From assembly GCF_004010195.1 (NCBI RefSeq), contig NC_057718.1, positions 37,070,337-37,134,336 of the forward strand: DNA of 64,000 nucleotides, read 5' to 3'. The position numbers and the translations under genes are program-made. The DNA is from Chiloscyllium plagiosum. Taxonomy: Eukaryota. Below the pieces are notes generated by a model that was not told where the DNA came from, did no database searches, and saw only the letters and a list, made by a program, of their open reading frames with translations. Below, in pieces: positions 1 through 12,947 of this stretch. Positions within the stretch are counted from its first letter, which is position 1. Every line of letters starts with the position of its first letter.

Positions 1-306
1 CCTTGGGTCGGGGAGTCCAGAACTAGAGGGCATAGGTTTAGGGTGAGAGGGAAAGGATATAAGAGAGACCCAAGGGGCAACTTTTTCACGCAGAGGGTGG
101 TACGTGTATGGAATGAGCTGCCAGAGGATGTGGTGAAGGCTGGTACAATTGCAACATTTAAGAGGCATTTGAATGGGTATGTGAATAGGAAGGGTTTAGA
201 GGGATATGGGTCAGGTGCTGGCAGGTGGGACTCGATTGGGTTTGGATATCTGGTCGGCATGGATGGATTGGACCGAAGGGTGTGTTTCCATGCTGTACAT
301 CTCTAC
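1..306 (+). mobile_element. CR1 LINE 3' end (ORF2 C-terminus and 3' UTR), family A; runs off the window start
   Basis: Translates to RGNFFTQRVVRVWNELPEDVV.AGTIATFKRHL, the CR1 ORF2 C-terminal motif. The UTR 'ggaccgaagggtgtgtttccatgctgtacatctcta' is shared with the copies at 14.2, 41.1, 50.8 and 60.9 kb. Confidence 0.93.
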
Positions 307-1139
307 TATCGGCCTTATGTCCCAGCCTTGGATAATTATTAAAGGCGAAAAATCAAAAGATTTAAAATACTCACTGCACATTATACAAGACCAATCATGC
401 ACAATAACTGGTCCCCACATTTCCATGAGGGATTTCCTGCCGTAAGTCTAGTGGGGGATCATCAAAACGCACATGGAAATGGCATAAATACTGATATATT
501 GTTGCCTGTCTGAGTTAGGGCAGGAGGGTGGTGGAATACCTGCAAACTTTCAGGGCAATCCGCCCTTTTTTAATTTCTTTCTTGTTGTTTTCCCGGTTGG
601 ATAATTTGAGATCCTCCATGTGTAACATTCTCTCAGATTTCACATGACTTTCTGTTAAAAAAAAGCAGTTATTCCTCTGATGGAGATGATAACAAGTCCT
701 AAAGATTCTCTCCTGCCTGTCCTTGATCCTTATCTGGTCTGTCACTGCTGTAAAAGCCAAAGCATTGACACTTTTCTTTCTGTGGATATACCATACTCTC
801 CCCACTTCTTCATCACCTTAATATCGGTCTGTTTTCGGCAGGTTATATACTCTGATATTTTAATCTGCCAGGTAATGTCCCTATTAAACAGCTTGTATAT
901 CTTTCCTTCAACAATTGCCAGTTAGCTGTACTTTTGAGTCCAAAACAGGCTCAATACATTTAATAACAGCAACATAAAAATACTTAATTTTTCCTATCTT
1001 TCACTGTATATTATCCACAGCTTTATTTGTATGCAGGTACATTTGTGATCCAGATATGGAATCTGTTCATTTGAGTATTAATCTGCAGTGCAGATAAGGA
1101 ATGGATTTTGTAAAATGCAACACTTTTTTTTGATCTTGG

Positions 1140-1352
1140 GGCTGAAGTTTACTGAAGTTTACCTTTCTACTTATTCTATGAAAGGTAATGCTTAACTTTT
1201 TAACTGTTTCTCTACTACTTTGTACCTAAGGTATACCTCGATACCTTTTGTACCTAAGGTGGTGCTTTGTATGGCAACATTATAGTTTTGACTGTACTCC
1301 TGTACTTCTTTACTTGAATACACGTGACAATAAAATCTCTAAATCTAAATCT
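1140..1352 (+). mobile_element. Probable 3' tail of another non-LTR retroelement
   Basis: Ends in 'cacgtgacaataaaatctctaaatctaaatct' (AATAAA followed by short tandem repeats), which is typical of LINE 3' ends. No coding motif seen. Confidence 0.4.
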
Positions 1353-1697
1353 TCCAGTATATGATATTGTTAGCAGTGAATAGTTGGGTCAAAATGTAAA
1401 GTTTTAGGTTATGACTATGTACCTTGTTTTCTGAGAATGAGCTGACTGATCAGTGGAAGAATGAAGTTGTGATGTGCACCTGGATTACTTCTTTACCAAA
1501 GAGGAATCTGAGTTTGACTTTAACACTTACGTTACTACACCAGACCAGGAAAAGAAGCAGCTGTTCTTTTGGAATTGGATGATTTGACGACACCTGTGCT
1601 TGGACCATTTAGACAGATTGTTTCACAGATAAAATTTATTGAAAAGATAACTTATTGACTGTTTATGAGGTGTGGTCAGATTTTGACAAATTTGGAA

Positions 1698-1852
1698 AGA
1701 GTATGGATGCTGAAAAAGCACAGCAGGTCAGGCAACATCTGAGGAGCAGGTAAATATACTTTTCGGATGCTGCCTGACCTGCTGTGCTTTTCCAGCACCA
1801 CACTCTCGACTCTGATCTCCAGCATCTGCAGTCCTCCTTCACGTTTTCCTCC
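1698..1852 (+). mobile_element. Penelope-like (Neptune-type) 3' terminal unit with an inverted arm, nested in Copia gag
   Basis: 'gctgaaaaagcacagcaggtcaggcaacatc' is an inverted copy of 'gatgctgcctgacctgctgtgcttttccagc'. The same sequence forms the 3' end of the PLE at 37954-39139. Confidence 0.85.
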
Positions 1853-1971
1853 AAGTCTGTGGATGGTACCATGGAAGCCATCATAGTGGAATTCAGTAGA
1901 TTGCATGCAAAACCGCAGAAATTTCATTTGGAAATCCCTTCAATCTGCATTGGCATTTACGTTATCAGAAC

Positions 1972-2098
1972 TGTCAATGGACCCAAAACATTAAGTCTGT
2001 TTTTCTCTCCACGGTTGCTGCCAGACCTGTTGCGTTTCTCCAACAATTTTCTGTTTTTGTTTCAGATTTCCAGCATCCACAGTTTTTTGTCTTATTTT
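1972..2098 (+). mobile_element. PLE-derived short repeat (family 'ctgaagaagggtcactggacccgaaacgttaac')
   Basis: Homologous to copies at about 12185-12285, 12510-12602 (-), 17265-17490, 20980-21075, 46690-46808 (-), 47513-47705 and 59390-59522. Confidence 0.75.
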
Positions 2099-2542
2099 AT
2101 GGATAGATCTTAAGTTTGCCAGGAGCTAAATTTGCAAATAAACATACACTGCTGGAACAAATATCAGAAGCACTAAACAAAATCAGAATTTCTTTTTAAC
2201 TGCGTTAGTAGCACAAAGAGGTCACCGGGGTTATCACAGAAAATGAGCTCACAATGTTAACAAATTGGTCAATCTAGATACAGGTCTCAGGTGACAACAC
2301 AGAAGGAGAACTATAACTAATAGAAACATTGACAGCAATGCTATTGATAATTTTGAGAAGCAAAGAGAATTTGGAATTTTCAAGAAGATAATGTGCCCCA
2401 GAAATGTTCAAGGTATAGTCAATTGATGCTTCAGATATGATTCAAAGTACCATTATACCATGAATTGTTCTAAATGGTATAATAGAGTAAATGAAACCAC
2501 CATGCAATGGAAGATTCAGAGGATGAAGATACAGATACAGAA

Positions 2543-2753
2543 TGTAATGATTATAATGAAGTTGGCCAGGTGGACCTTATAGAATGAGTTCTCTGTTAAT
2601 CTGGTCCAATTCAGGAAACCCTGGCTGACAAGTGTCAGAGGTTCTGTTCACTCAGAGCTGGCTCTGAAGGAGCTGGATCAGTATCAATGACTCTCCACAT
2701 GTAAATAAATAGTGGCTTGGTGACAGGATACTGGCCTCTGTGGAGTTATTTTA
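2543..2753 (+). mobile_element. Solo LTR nested in the Copia element
   Basis: Starts with TG, has an AATAAA, and ends ...ttatttta (the other copy ends ttatttca). Flanks are cagaa/cagac (4/5 TSD match). Homologous to 35926-36158. Confidence 0.75.
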
Positions 2754-3991
2754 CAGACTAAAGAAAGAGCACTACATTAGTCACAAAAGAATTCAACCAA
2801 GTGATGAAACAATAGTGTCATAACATTTTGATGAAATAGCATTGGACAGTGGATGTACATCTACAGTGTGTGGAACAGTCTGGCTAAAATGATACCTGGA
2901 CTCTTTGAGTGTTCTTTAAGGATTGTGACAACACTAAGGAATTTGAGGGTTCCACCAGTTTCAGATTTGGGAATTATAGCACACTAAAATTTTTGAAAAG
3001 AGTTAGCATTTCTTGTAAGATAACCTGAATCAATACATTTTATGAGCACAGATGTAGACTCTGATGAAATACCATTGTTATTAAGTAAACCGATGATGGA
3101 AAAAACACACGAAATGGGAAGGGAATGTGACCAAGCTATTGTGCTCGGAAAATCTGTGAATTTGCTGTTTATACGGCGAGACACGATTGTATTCCTGGAA
3201 TGGAACATTTCTTATGTTTTTTTAAGGAGGAGAGGTAATGTTATTGACATTAGGCGTAGAAAGTTAAAAGACAAAACAATACAGGCAATTTGCCCATATA
3301 TCCCCTTGTAAAAAGGTTAAAAATATTGCTAAAGGATGCAGAAATAATGGATGGGGAGTTTGATAAGATTATAGAAGGAAGTTGTGATAGATGTGAGATT
3401 AGTTATAAATATCAATGGACACAATCTCAGCCTATAGTAAATCTGCCTTTACCAAGAGATTTCAATGAAATCGAAGGTATGGATTTAATGATATGGGATA
3501 AAGAAAATGAATTTTCATTTTACATTTGGTATATTTGACAAGCAAATGTTACCAGTCAACAATAATGCATGCTAAAGGCAAGAAAATAATTGTGGATAAC
3601 ATAATGGAAAAGTGGATAGGTACCAGATATGGACCACCAACAAATGTTCTACTGATATTGGGAGGGAAATTTGCTGACAATGAATTTAAAGATATGTGTG
3701 CAATTATGAAAATAACAGTTGTGAATAAGGCAGTAGAAAGAACTTTAGCAATGAGAAATTTGAAGGAACCATATAGTAATAGACAAAATGGTTCAGAATA
3801 CTTCGGCACATCAGTCAAACTCTACAATATCTCCTGCATTAGTTTTGGCTGTACATGTTAAAAATTCATTCCAGATGATTGGAGGATATTGTCCTCAGCA
3901 GTTAGTTTTTGTTTTGAATCATAAAATCCTATAAATAATAAATGATCGGACCCCAGCTTGGGATGGAACTACAACAAGATCTACTTTTTCA

Positions 3992-4208
3992 AAGTCAGAA
4001 GTCACATGACACCAGGCTACAGTCCAACAGGTTTATTTGAAATCACAAGTTTTCGGAGTGCTCCTCCTTCGTCAGGTGAAATGGTAAAGGAGTAGCATTC
4101 CAAAAACTTGTGATTTCTAATAAACCTGTTGGATTATAACCTTGTGTCATGTGACTTCTGACTTTGTCCACCCTTGGCCTTGTCCACACCAGCACCTCCA
4201 CACCATGG
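3992..4208 (+). mobile_element. Palindromic PLE-derived insertion with a hammerhead-like core
   Basis: Inverted arms plus a unique 3' tail. 11-bp TSD ctactttttca at 3981-3991 and 4209-4219. Confidence 0.85.
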
Positions 4209-4947
4209 CTACTTTTTCAGGGCATTTAAATGCACTGATGCAGGCAGAAATGCTTTCATTGAAATAAATGTCTCAAAAAATTTGGTGAACCTTAAGACAT
4301 AAGGTAAGTCCGTTGGAAACTAGTTACAAACTGAGAGATAAGGTTTATTATAAGAGAGATGAGCCGAAAGAGTAGAGAGGCCCCAGGGATGATAAAGATG
4401 GAAAATAGTATGGGAACTAGATTCTCTTCTGGTTCCAATGAGATTCAAGGTCACGTGGTATGGATTACAAATTTACAGATTCTAAAGAAGTTATAGAATA
4501 TGACAAGGACTCAGCTACCTCTCTTATCCAAATGTTCCATTGATATGAGGATCATACTACCACAATCAACAGTTTGTCTGATGATGGATAGATCAGTAAT
4601 GATGGTCAAAATAAAGGCATTAGTGCCAAAGAACATTGACAACTGCCCGAAATGGCTACTAAGATCAAATATTTATGACTCGATCTGAGTCAATGGAGAA
4701 ATGTAACCATTATAAGTGGAATAGGGAAGGTCACTAGAAAATGTAAAAGTTGGATGAATGTATATGCTGAAGGACAGGAGGTTAGGCTCATTGATTGGAA
4801 GCATGAAATACAAATGTAAAAGGCAATGAAAATGCCATGTAAAATCAAGACAGTGGTTCTGAAAGCAAACATGCCCCTAGAAAGAGATGATGATAGCATT
4901 TCTTTCAATGGTTTAACAAGAAGGATAATTGTGCAAATCCACACAAC

Positions 4948-5229
4948 ATTCTCCTGTGTCTGCACGGGTTTCCTCCAGGTCCTCGGGTTTCCTCTGGGTC
5001 CTCCGGTTTCCTCCCACAATCCAAAGATGGGCAGATTGGGTGGATTGGCCGTGCTAAATTGTCCATGATGTCCAGGGATGTGTAGTTTCGGTGGATTCAC
5101 TATAGGGAATGCAGGGTCACAGGGATAGGATAGAGAGTTGGTCTAGCTGGGATAATCTTTGGAGGGTCAGTGTGGATGTGATGGGCTGAAAGGTCTGCTT
5201 CCACATCATAGGGATTCTATGACTCTACC
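4948..5229 (+). mobile_element. HE1/V-SINE, 5'-truncated older variant
   Basis: V-domain core 'ttctcctgtgtctgcacgggtttcctcc...ctccggtttcctcccacaatccaaagatg' and a CR1-like tail 'gggattctatgactcta'. Confidence 0.85.
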
Positions 5230-5613
5230 ACAAGCACCAAATGCAGAGGGAACTCTCTTGAAGTTAAATAAATATGTATTTGGATAAATGATGCCTCTGG
5301 AGCTCTGTAGTTCTCAGTAAAGGCTGCCTACAATTAAAAGCCTACTCTGCCATGTTTCACTGGCATGATGAGGGGCAGTTTGCAGGTGTCTTTATGATGC
5401 AGGTGTCTTTTTTTCATGGGTTGGGAGCCATGAATTTAAAACATTTCCATAAATGGTCTTCAAGCAGAATTCAAAATTGGAAGTCGGGCTTCCTGAGTGT
5501 TTTAGTACATTGGATCAGAAATCAGATAGAATGGATGAAGTAACCCTTTACTTCAGCAATTTTATTTGGAAAATTTTCACCCAAAATATGATTCGTCAAA
5601 ATAGGGCCTCTTT

Positions 5614-6528
5614 TTTTTTGTAAATATATTATTAGCAATTTTGTTTAACTTTACAAACATATAAAATTATTGAAAAAAACAATCACAAATGTCAGTATAA
5701 TAAAAAGAAAAAAAAACACAAATTACAATGCAACTACTATCTACTAACTACTAACCTACTCTATAATACAAAGCAAACCCAAACAAAGGAACGGGAGCAT
5801 TGTATACATACCCGTATTAACTCGGGAGACCCCCCTCCAGGGCCCGGGGCTTGACAAATCTAATCATCCTGGTTAAACAGACGCCCTAGTTAAGATAACT
5901 GATAAATCTATATCCAAATTACTCAAGTAGGGCTGCCATGTTTTATAAAAATTGCCTGTTGTGTGGTGTACCATGTCTGTGAAAAAGTCGAAGGGAATGT
6001 GCTCCATAATTAATTTCTGCCATCCCAGCAAACCCGGTGGGTTCTCAGACACCCAATTTATCAGAATATTCTTCCGTGCACAGTGTGCAAGAATATTAAA
6101 TTTTTTTTCCCATGCCCAGCTAAAGATGGTAAATCGATAGACCTAAGAGGAGAGATATCGGGTCTACTTTGACTTCAGTCCTCAATACCCTCCCTATCTC
6201 TCCCGCCACAGCGCTCCAATAAACATGGAGCCTGTGGCATGTCCAGAAGCAATGGGTAAGAGTACCTATATTTATTTTACATTTGGGGCACACTGAAGGT
6301 GCCCCTTTTTTAAACTTCACCAGACGGTCTGGTGCCAGATGAGCCCTGTGCAGAACTTTTAACTGCATAGCGCATGTCCTGTTACAGATTGCGATCTTTC
6401 GAGTATTCTCCCATATGTTCTCCCATGTTTCAGAAGAGATCCCCACTCCAGCTCTTGCTCCCCCTCCCAGACCTCACATAACCAGTTAATATCCTGCCAG
6501 GCCCTGCCACCCAGCAGGTGATAGTGGG
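5614..6528 (-). mobile_element. L1/Tx1-clade LINE, 5'-truncated 3' fragment
   Basis: ORF 6120-6446 has the L1-type C-terminal motif CPKC..GTLTHCFWTC. There is a poly(T) on the + strand (the poly-A tail). The 17-bp TSD caaaatagggcctcttt lies at 5597-5613 and 6529-6545, and the site reads TCTTT/AAAA like an L1 endonuclease target. Confidence 0.9.
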
Positions 6529-8299
6529 CAAAATAGGGCCTCTTTAAAAAAAAGATGCATCGGCTTTGAAAACTGGAATAGAGAAACTGTGAAGGTTAAT
6601 TGGACAACTAAAATAAAATCTAAATGGATTATTGTATTTTGAAGTTTCCAGCTTGGAAGATGTCAGGAACATGTAACATCTCGTTTTTAGTGACGCTTCT
6701 TATACAAATCTTTGTGATGAGTTCTCAAGAGGAGGAGGAATTATAGTTTTGTTTTGTGGAATGGGAGGTAAATGCTGACTTTTAGCTTAGGAAGCTAAAA
6801 AGATCAGAAGGGCATCAAAAAGGATCTTGAGGGCAAAAACTCACTCTTTGTGAAGGAGTAGACATTGTGTTTTCTTTGCAAAAATATTGGAAGAAAATCC
6901 ACTAAGAGATTCAGCAGTAATACCTATTGAGTGCTACATTGATAATTAGTCACCATAGAATAACATACTCTTAACAAAACATGGGAATAAAAAAAGATTG
7001 AGGATCAAAGTTGCAGTAGAGAAATTTCCAAATCGAAATGTGTGATGGAAGCAGTCAGGCTTCTGACTGAAAGCAATAAATGGAGATCACAATGGGTCTG
7101 ACAGCATCCATGGAGAGAGAGCAAGCTAATGATTGACTTTTGATCAGAGCTGAAGTGAAATGTGGATGGGACAGCATTTATGCAATAGTTGGTGGTGGCG
7201 GGGGTAAATGGGGAGTGCTGGGGGGAGAAAAGATGTTGATAGTTCAGATTAGGTGATCGGAATATAAGATTGGCAAAATAATGGTGGTCTAACTGCCAGC
7301 CTGGAAAGTACAGATAGTTCCACTGGGGTGGGGGGAGGGAGAGAGGATATGGTAACAGAGAATGTAACAAGCAAAGCTAAATGATATGAAAGGAATGGGA
7401 GTTGGTTCACAATTTGAAGGTATTGAGTACTAAGTTTAATTGCTTTCTTTGTCAAATAATGAGTTCTAGAAAGTTTTATATTCCTTGAAAAAGGACACTG
7501 GAATGTTAATGTGAAAATAAAAAGAACATGATATGTTATCACTGTATTTTGCTTTTTTATTTTTTAATTAGCACTTTTATGCACTGTATATTGATTTTTA
7601 AAACTGTAATCAATTACCATTGAATAAGATCTGATGTGACTCTAAAACCTGATGGAACAAGGGCACAGGCGATAGATAACTTGATTGATTGATTGGGTGA
7701 GAATTGTTTGTATAAATATGGAGAGCTAGTAATCAGTGGGATGTGGGGTTTATACGGTGTGATGAACAGAAATGAAGCTTTCACTAATGGCATTGTCTGA
7801 GAGCACTCCAAACTTGAGGTGGGTCTGTCCTGAATCTGAAGGAAATTCATCCATTCAATAGTGAAGTGATGGGGGAAAAATACATCTTAGAGGCTGACCA
7901 GATCCAAGAAGTCAAACAAACAAGTTGGAAGTAATAACTAATGATTAACCTATATTTTTCTGTCAATATCGACCAACTGTGAGGAAATCCAATTTAAGGA
8001 TAAACACCAGATTATGTTCGCATGGAATCTGTGCATTGGTCATAAATGAAAGGATCAATTTACATATAATGGGTGAAATTTTACCAAGCCTAAAAGAGTA
8101 GGATAAAACATAAGATGCACTGAATAGCGAGGTAACAATGTGCTTGCCTAGAACAACAATGTTCTGATACTGGCTCCACATTTTCCAAAAAGTGGGAAAT
8201 ATGGAGTGGGGTTGTTATCAGGATATAAATTTAGCTCATCTAGAAGGTAGCTAAGATGAATTCACACACAGCTGAATGTCATTTTATGGCATTAACAAA

Positions 8300-10660
8300 A
8301 AGTGTGTGGGGATCACTGACTGTCAGACCCCTGACAGGTTAAAGGTAGCAGCAAAAAAGTAAACATCGGGTGCCACCTCTGGAAGAGAGCTATTGAAGAA
8401 ATTTTTGTTGGTTCATAGCGGGATTGTGGATGTGGAGATCATGGCTGCCAGTAATTAGAGGTCTCTATGAGTGGGGACTGCATTGAAGGAGGGATGATCT
8501 GAAAGGGAGGCTGAGAAGCATGTGTTTGGAGGGAAGGTCCAAAGCAATGTTGACTGCAAGGACGGAGCTCGTGAGCGAGAGAGAAATCAGCTGGCCTTGG
8601 GCTGATGCACTCAGTCATTGTGCTACTGTGAGGAAGAGAAGCAAGACAAAGAGAGGGAGAACAAGGCTGGAGTGGCTTCACATCAGCTGTGTTATTGCAA
8701 AATCTTGCATCAAGGAGGGTCTGATGCCTTCAACATCATTGGTCACTTTGTCCTCATCCAGATGGAGAAGATGCTGAGCAATTCACACTGACTGAGTATC
8801 CCCAGAAGCGACAGGAAATAAGAGACATTGGAGGAAAGTGCAGAATTATCTCATAGGCACTTTCAATATCAGTTCAATAAAAATTGGGTTTAATGTGAAC
8901 CCGCTATTTTTCTATCTCACATGTCATTATCCAGCGCCCAGGTTCACTGCATGCACTGACAAAGCTGAGGAACTGTCCAAACACAACTCATCCCCAACAT
9001 TTTTGACTTATTGAAGGACAAAGATGTAGACGAAATCTGACAAGCAGCAAGGAATCATGAATAGCCAACAGCACTAACTGTGGCATAAATGTATCAGCAA
9101 TGTTTGCTAATGTGTATAATGTTGAGTGTGTATAAATGTGCTGCTGAGCTGTTGTGTGATCCCATGAGTTGTTGCTTTTGTGCGCAGATTGGGCAGCCCT
9201 GTGGTTTGCTGGCATGATCTCGGCTGCCTGAGGCCTGGAGAACACTGGCATGCTGAGGGAGATGCTGCATTGATGCATCTGTCATCGTATCTACTGGATG
9301 CTCCTGCATTACTGGCAGAGGGGCTGAGGAACGGCTGTCCATACTCCAAGGACTGAAGACAATAGTGTGAGGCAAGGGAAAGTGTACCATGTCCATTCTG
9401 TGACTTGAATTCAATTAAAAATAACAGCAGGAGTTTCATACAGGGTTTGTAGCAGTGTCTCGTCTTATCCCTGCACAATTTCAAAGATAGGAGTGGACTC
9501 ACCACCACGTGGCTGGGAAACCTCAAGCTGATTTAATAGCTAATCAAATGATTGACAGCTCACCAATCTTGATAGTGACACCAGGAGCTGGGACTGTAAC
9601 CAGTCTCTCACGATGACTATTGCTGGCTAAGAGTCAGGGGATTCTGCCAAGGTCAGGCATTCATTCATAAAATGCGCCTGCTTTCTCTCTTAGACAAGAA
9701 TGAATGAATGAGTGAAAAGTGTTTTGTTGTCACAATCCAGCACCATTTGAGTTACAAAAAAGAATAAAAAGAAATTACTTAAGAGTTCATCTTCAGTTCA
9801 AATTTCGTGTCCAGCACAGCTCCAGGGCTTCTGCAAGGTCTCTGTAAGGTGTAACAGGCCTCAAGGAGTCTCCTCTCCAGATTCAGCAATGACGATGCCA
9901 GTGTCCAGGAGACCCCAGCTCCATTGCTGCCATCCCCTTGTCAACGCCGACAACAGTCCCCGCTCTGGGCCTAACACAGCATAGAACATGAGGGAGAACC
10001 AGAGGTAGACTTCCATCAATCTTAGTACCAATGGTACCAGGAGGAGTCCTAAACGTTGCTGAGTATTGATCATATAATTGTCTCAGTTGGCCCAAGGGCA
10101 GGTGGATGGTGGATATGAGAATCCCTACTCTGTCATTTGATTTTGCATTTACCCATCTGCTCGCAACATGGGTGTGTGGAACTTAAAATATGTAGCTAAA
10201 GTTTAAATCATACTTACCAAATACTGACTGAGGCATCCTAACTACTTGCAATTCTAAATGCTCACTCTTTGCATTGCTGTGCACTTTACTAACTCCTCCT
10301 AGCTCTTTGGGCCACTCTTCCATAGGGACTGTGACATTGACTAAATGCGGTAATTACCTTCTGGAGTCAAACGTCCTCCACATGCCTCACAATGACTCAC
10401 ATTGGCTTGTTGCATCTTCTGTTTTATTGCTAATTGCACCTTCACACAACCTCCCCCATTTAAAATGTGGGCTTTTAAAATCTGCAACATGCCAGATCTC
10501 TCACCCACGGTCAAACTCTCTTGGGGTGCCGGAGTTTTACAAGCTGTTTGCTTCAACATAATGAGGCAGAAATCTAATGGGGCCCACATCCAACAAGACT
10601 GGCAGTGATGGGGCACAATGCACCTGCTTCTCCCAGCCCTGCACCTGGATCGCGACATTT
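8300..10660 (-). mobile_element. Possible highly decayed Harbinger-type DNA transposon remnant
   Basis: The minus strand near 8700-8790 gives an acidic stretch followed by HQTLLDARF, resembling a Harbinger transposase C-terminus. The block is GC-richer than its flanks. No catalytic motif was recovered. Confidence 0.3.
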
Positions 10661-12947
10661 CCCCCAGTTAGTAGGAGGTTTAGTTTTGTAATTATGTCAT
10701 GGAATTCTAAGGTACATACACTTAAATGTTTTCATATGCAATTCATTTCTCTAATATTTTAACAATGGCTTATTTTAAAGAGGCCAAAGCTTTTCATAAA
10801 TTAACAAAGTATTTTCTTAAGCAGATGTTAAGCATTCATATTCTCAAGTCCCTCAATGTAATGACAAAATTTGTGAATTTTGCAATGTTCTTTGATAATG
10901 ACAAAATTGGACCACAAAATACACAACAATAGTGGTTAGGAGACCTTGAAGCTGATCCAGGTGCTTGGAGATGATGGGGGGGGGGGATGTGGAATTGTCT
11001 CAAATGACCTGCTGCAGGTGGAGATTGGTAGCATCAGAAGGAAGCGCAGTGCAAATCATTGGTGGCTTTCTACATTAGCAATGCATTGGATCAGACTTCT
11101 GGCTTTCCAGAGGCATGAGAGTGTGTAGACTGATAACAACTTGCACAAATTGAGTTGGACTCTAGCACTTAATGGGACACTGTAAAGGTGAGAGTTGTGG
11201 GATTATGCCGATGCTTTAATGACAGAAGGAACCGTCAGAAAGAATTCCTGATATTCAAGTTGGCATTTCATTTCCGGAATGCCTCACTACTGTACTCCAA
11301 TGAAAATGGAAAGATATGATTGGAGGTTGCTTAGTAAGTGAGGAATGTGGGACAGCATTTGTGGGTTCAATCTGAAAGTGGTTTTAATGTGCAATCAGGG
11401 CAGGAAAGGTGAATACATTGAACCCTCCTGATACATGTATCACCCCAATCCGAGCTCAAGCCTATGCCTGCACTTCATTCCTCACACCAACTTATCTTGT
11501 CGATGTGTCTCTCCTTTAATGCACTTGCTCACACTCTTCCAAGTCCCTCTCCATGACCGACACTCACTCTCATCTTAATGCCATATACTTCTTGATAAAG
11601 TGCTCTTAACTTGACAGTTCAGTAGAAAGGTATTTGTTGCAGCAACATGGACTAGAATTCCACATTAGGCCTTTGTAGATGTCGCTGATGCAACTGATTC
11701 TGAAAACCTTCGATGAACAATGACGTGGCATTTGGAATCCTCAAAGTTAGTCCCCAGCAGCATTGGAGACCTCAGATTGTTTCAACTTAATTACCTTCGG
11801 TAGTTACCCAAGAAAATGTAGAGCAATTTAAAAACTGCCCTAACTCCTGGTTAACTATGAAATGAACCTTCCTGGCTCCCCATTGCCATTTCCCTAAACC
11901 CGAGCAATCCCCACCCTGTTCTGAACTAACCCAATTGTACCCTTCCCTTGCATTCATCAACCCTCTATGACTGCTGCCCGATTTTTCCCTAACCCCAGGC
12001 ATCCCATCGATTTGCCCTCCTCTCTGGACACCTCGCTGACACTCAACCAGTCCTCAGAATCCCACCAAACTAACTGCTGACTCCCATCTGACAAATGAGT
12101 CTCTCCACAGATCTGACTGTCCCCTACCTGTCTGAATTCTCACTAACTCACCTGTTACTCTTTTCATCTTTCCCACATACCACTGTTCTGTAGAAAAGTC
12201 ACTGGACCCGAAACATTAACTCTGCCTTCTCTCCACAGATGCTGCCAAACTTGCTGAGCTTTTCCAGTAATTTCTATTTTTGTACCTTCCCCACCCCACT
12301 CCTTATTCACTTACCTCATCCACCAATACTCATTCACAAGAAATCAGTAAATGATGCTGAATTTTTTTAAAAACTACAAAAATAATTACACCTAGCATCA
12401 TTTAGTAACAATGACATTAAATTTTTAGAATAATTTTAAAATAAGAATAATGTTCATACTTACAAATTTTGAATGAAAATAGCATTTTCTTAAAAAAGGA
12501 AAACTAACAAAAGCACAAATTACTGGAAAAGCTCAGCAAGTCTGGCATGTCAATGGAGAGCAATTGCAGTTAACATTTCAGGTTGAGTGACCCGTTTTCC
12601 TGATCTAAGGACTAATACAATTTATGTAATCCCTACTAATCTTTGCAGTAAACTTTCTCTGTGCTGCTTATTTCTGTCCTTTAGGTGATGTAGCTTCCCC
12701 CCCCCCCCCCACCATCACCCCCACCTTTCATTCCCCTCCCAGGCATCTTGGAGGTGTGCTTCACCTCACATTATATTGGGGCTCAGGCAGCACCTTGCAA
12801 TGGAGCCATCAAAGAGCAGGCAGGAACTCTAGCTGTATCAAAGCGCAGAAAAGTAAGTCAGCGTTTTTTTGATACAATCACTATCAGATGGATCTGTTCT
12901 ATCTGTAATCGAAACCTCTCAACTCATATTGGACACAGAAATGTAGA

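Larger units (their letters stand above)
1368..7510 (+). mobile_element. Decayed Ty1/Copia LTR retrotransposon internal region (gag-PR-IN-RT-RH), GalEa-like
   Basis: Domains occur in Copia order across frameshifts. Gag N-terminus DQWKNEVVM..ITSLPKRN at about 1450. Zinc-knuckle remnant CFRYDSKYHYTMNC at 2427-2468. Protease LDSGCTSTVCG at 2842 and IPLLLSK. Integrase LLKDA..CDRCEI..P.V.LPL..DFNE..MDL and YGPP..GGKFADNEF at 3290-3860. RT remnants AMFHWH and LIGQL at 5.3-6.6 kb. RNase H LVFSDAS at 6680 and KRLRI at 6992. PBS-like tgttagcagtg at 1368. Confidence 0.85.

Noticed and set aside
11780..12180. C/T-rich block with taacc-like motifs as interstitial telomeric repeat
   Set aside because: No true tandem (CCCTAA)n array. 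It is low-complexity sequence only.
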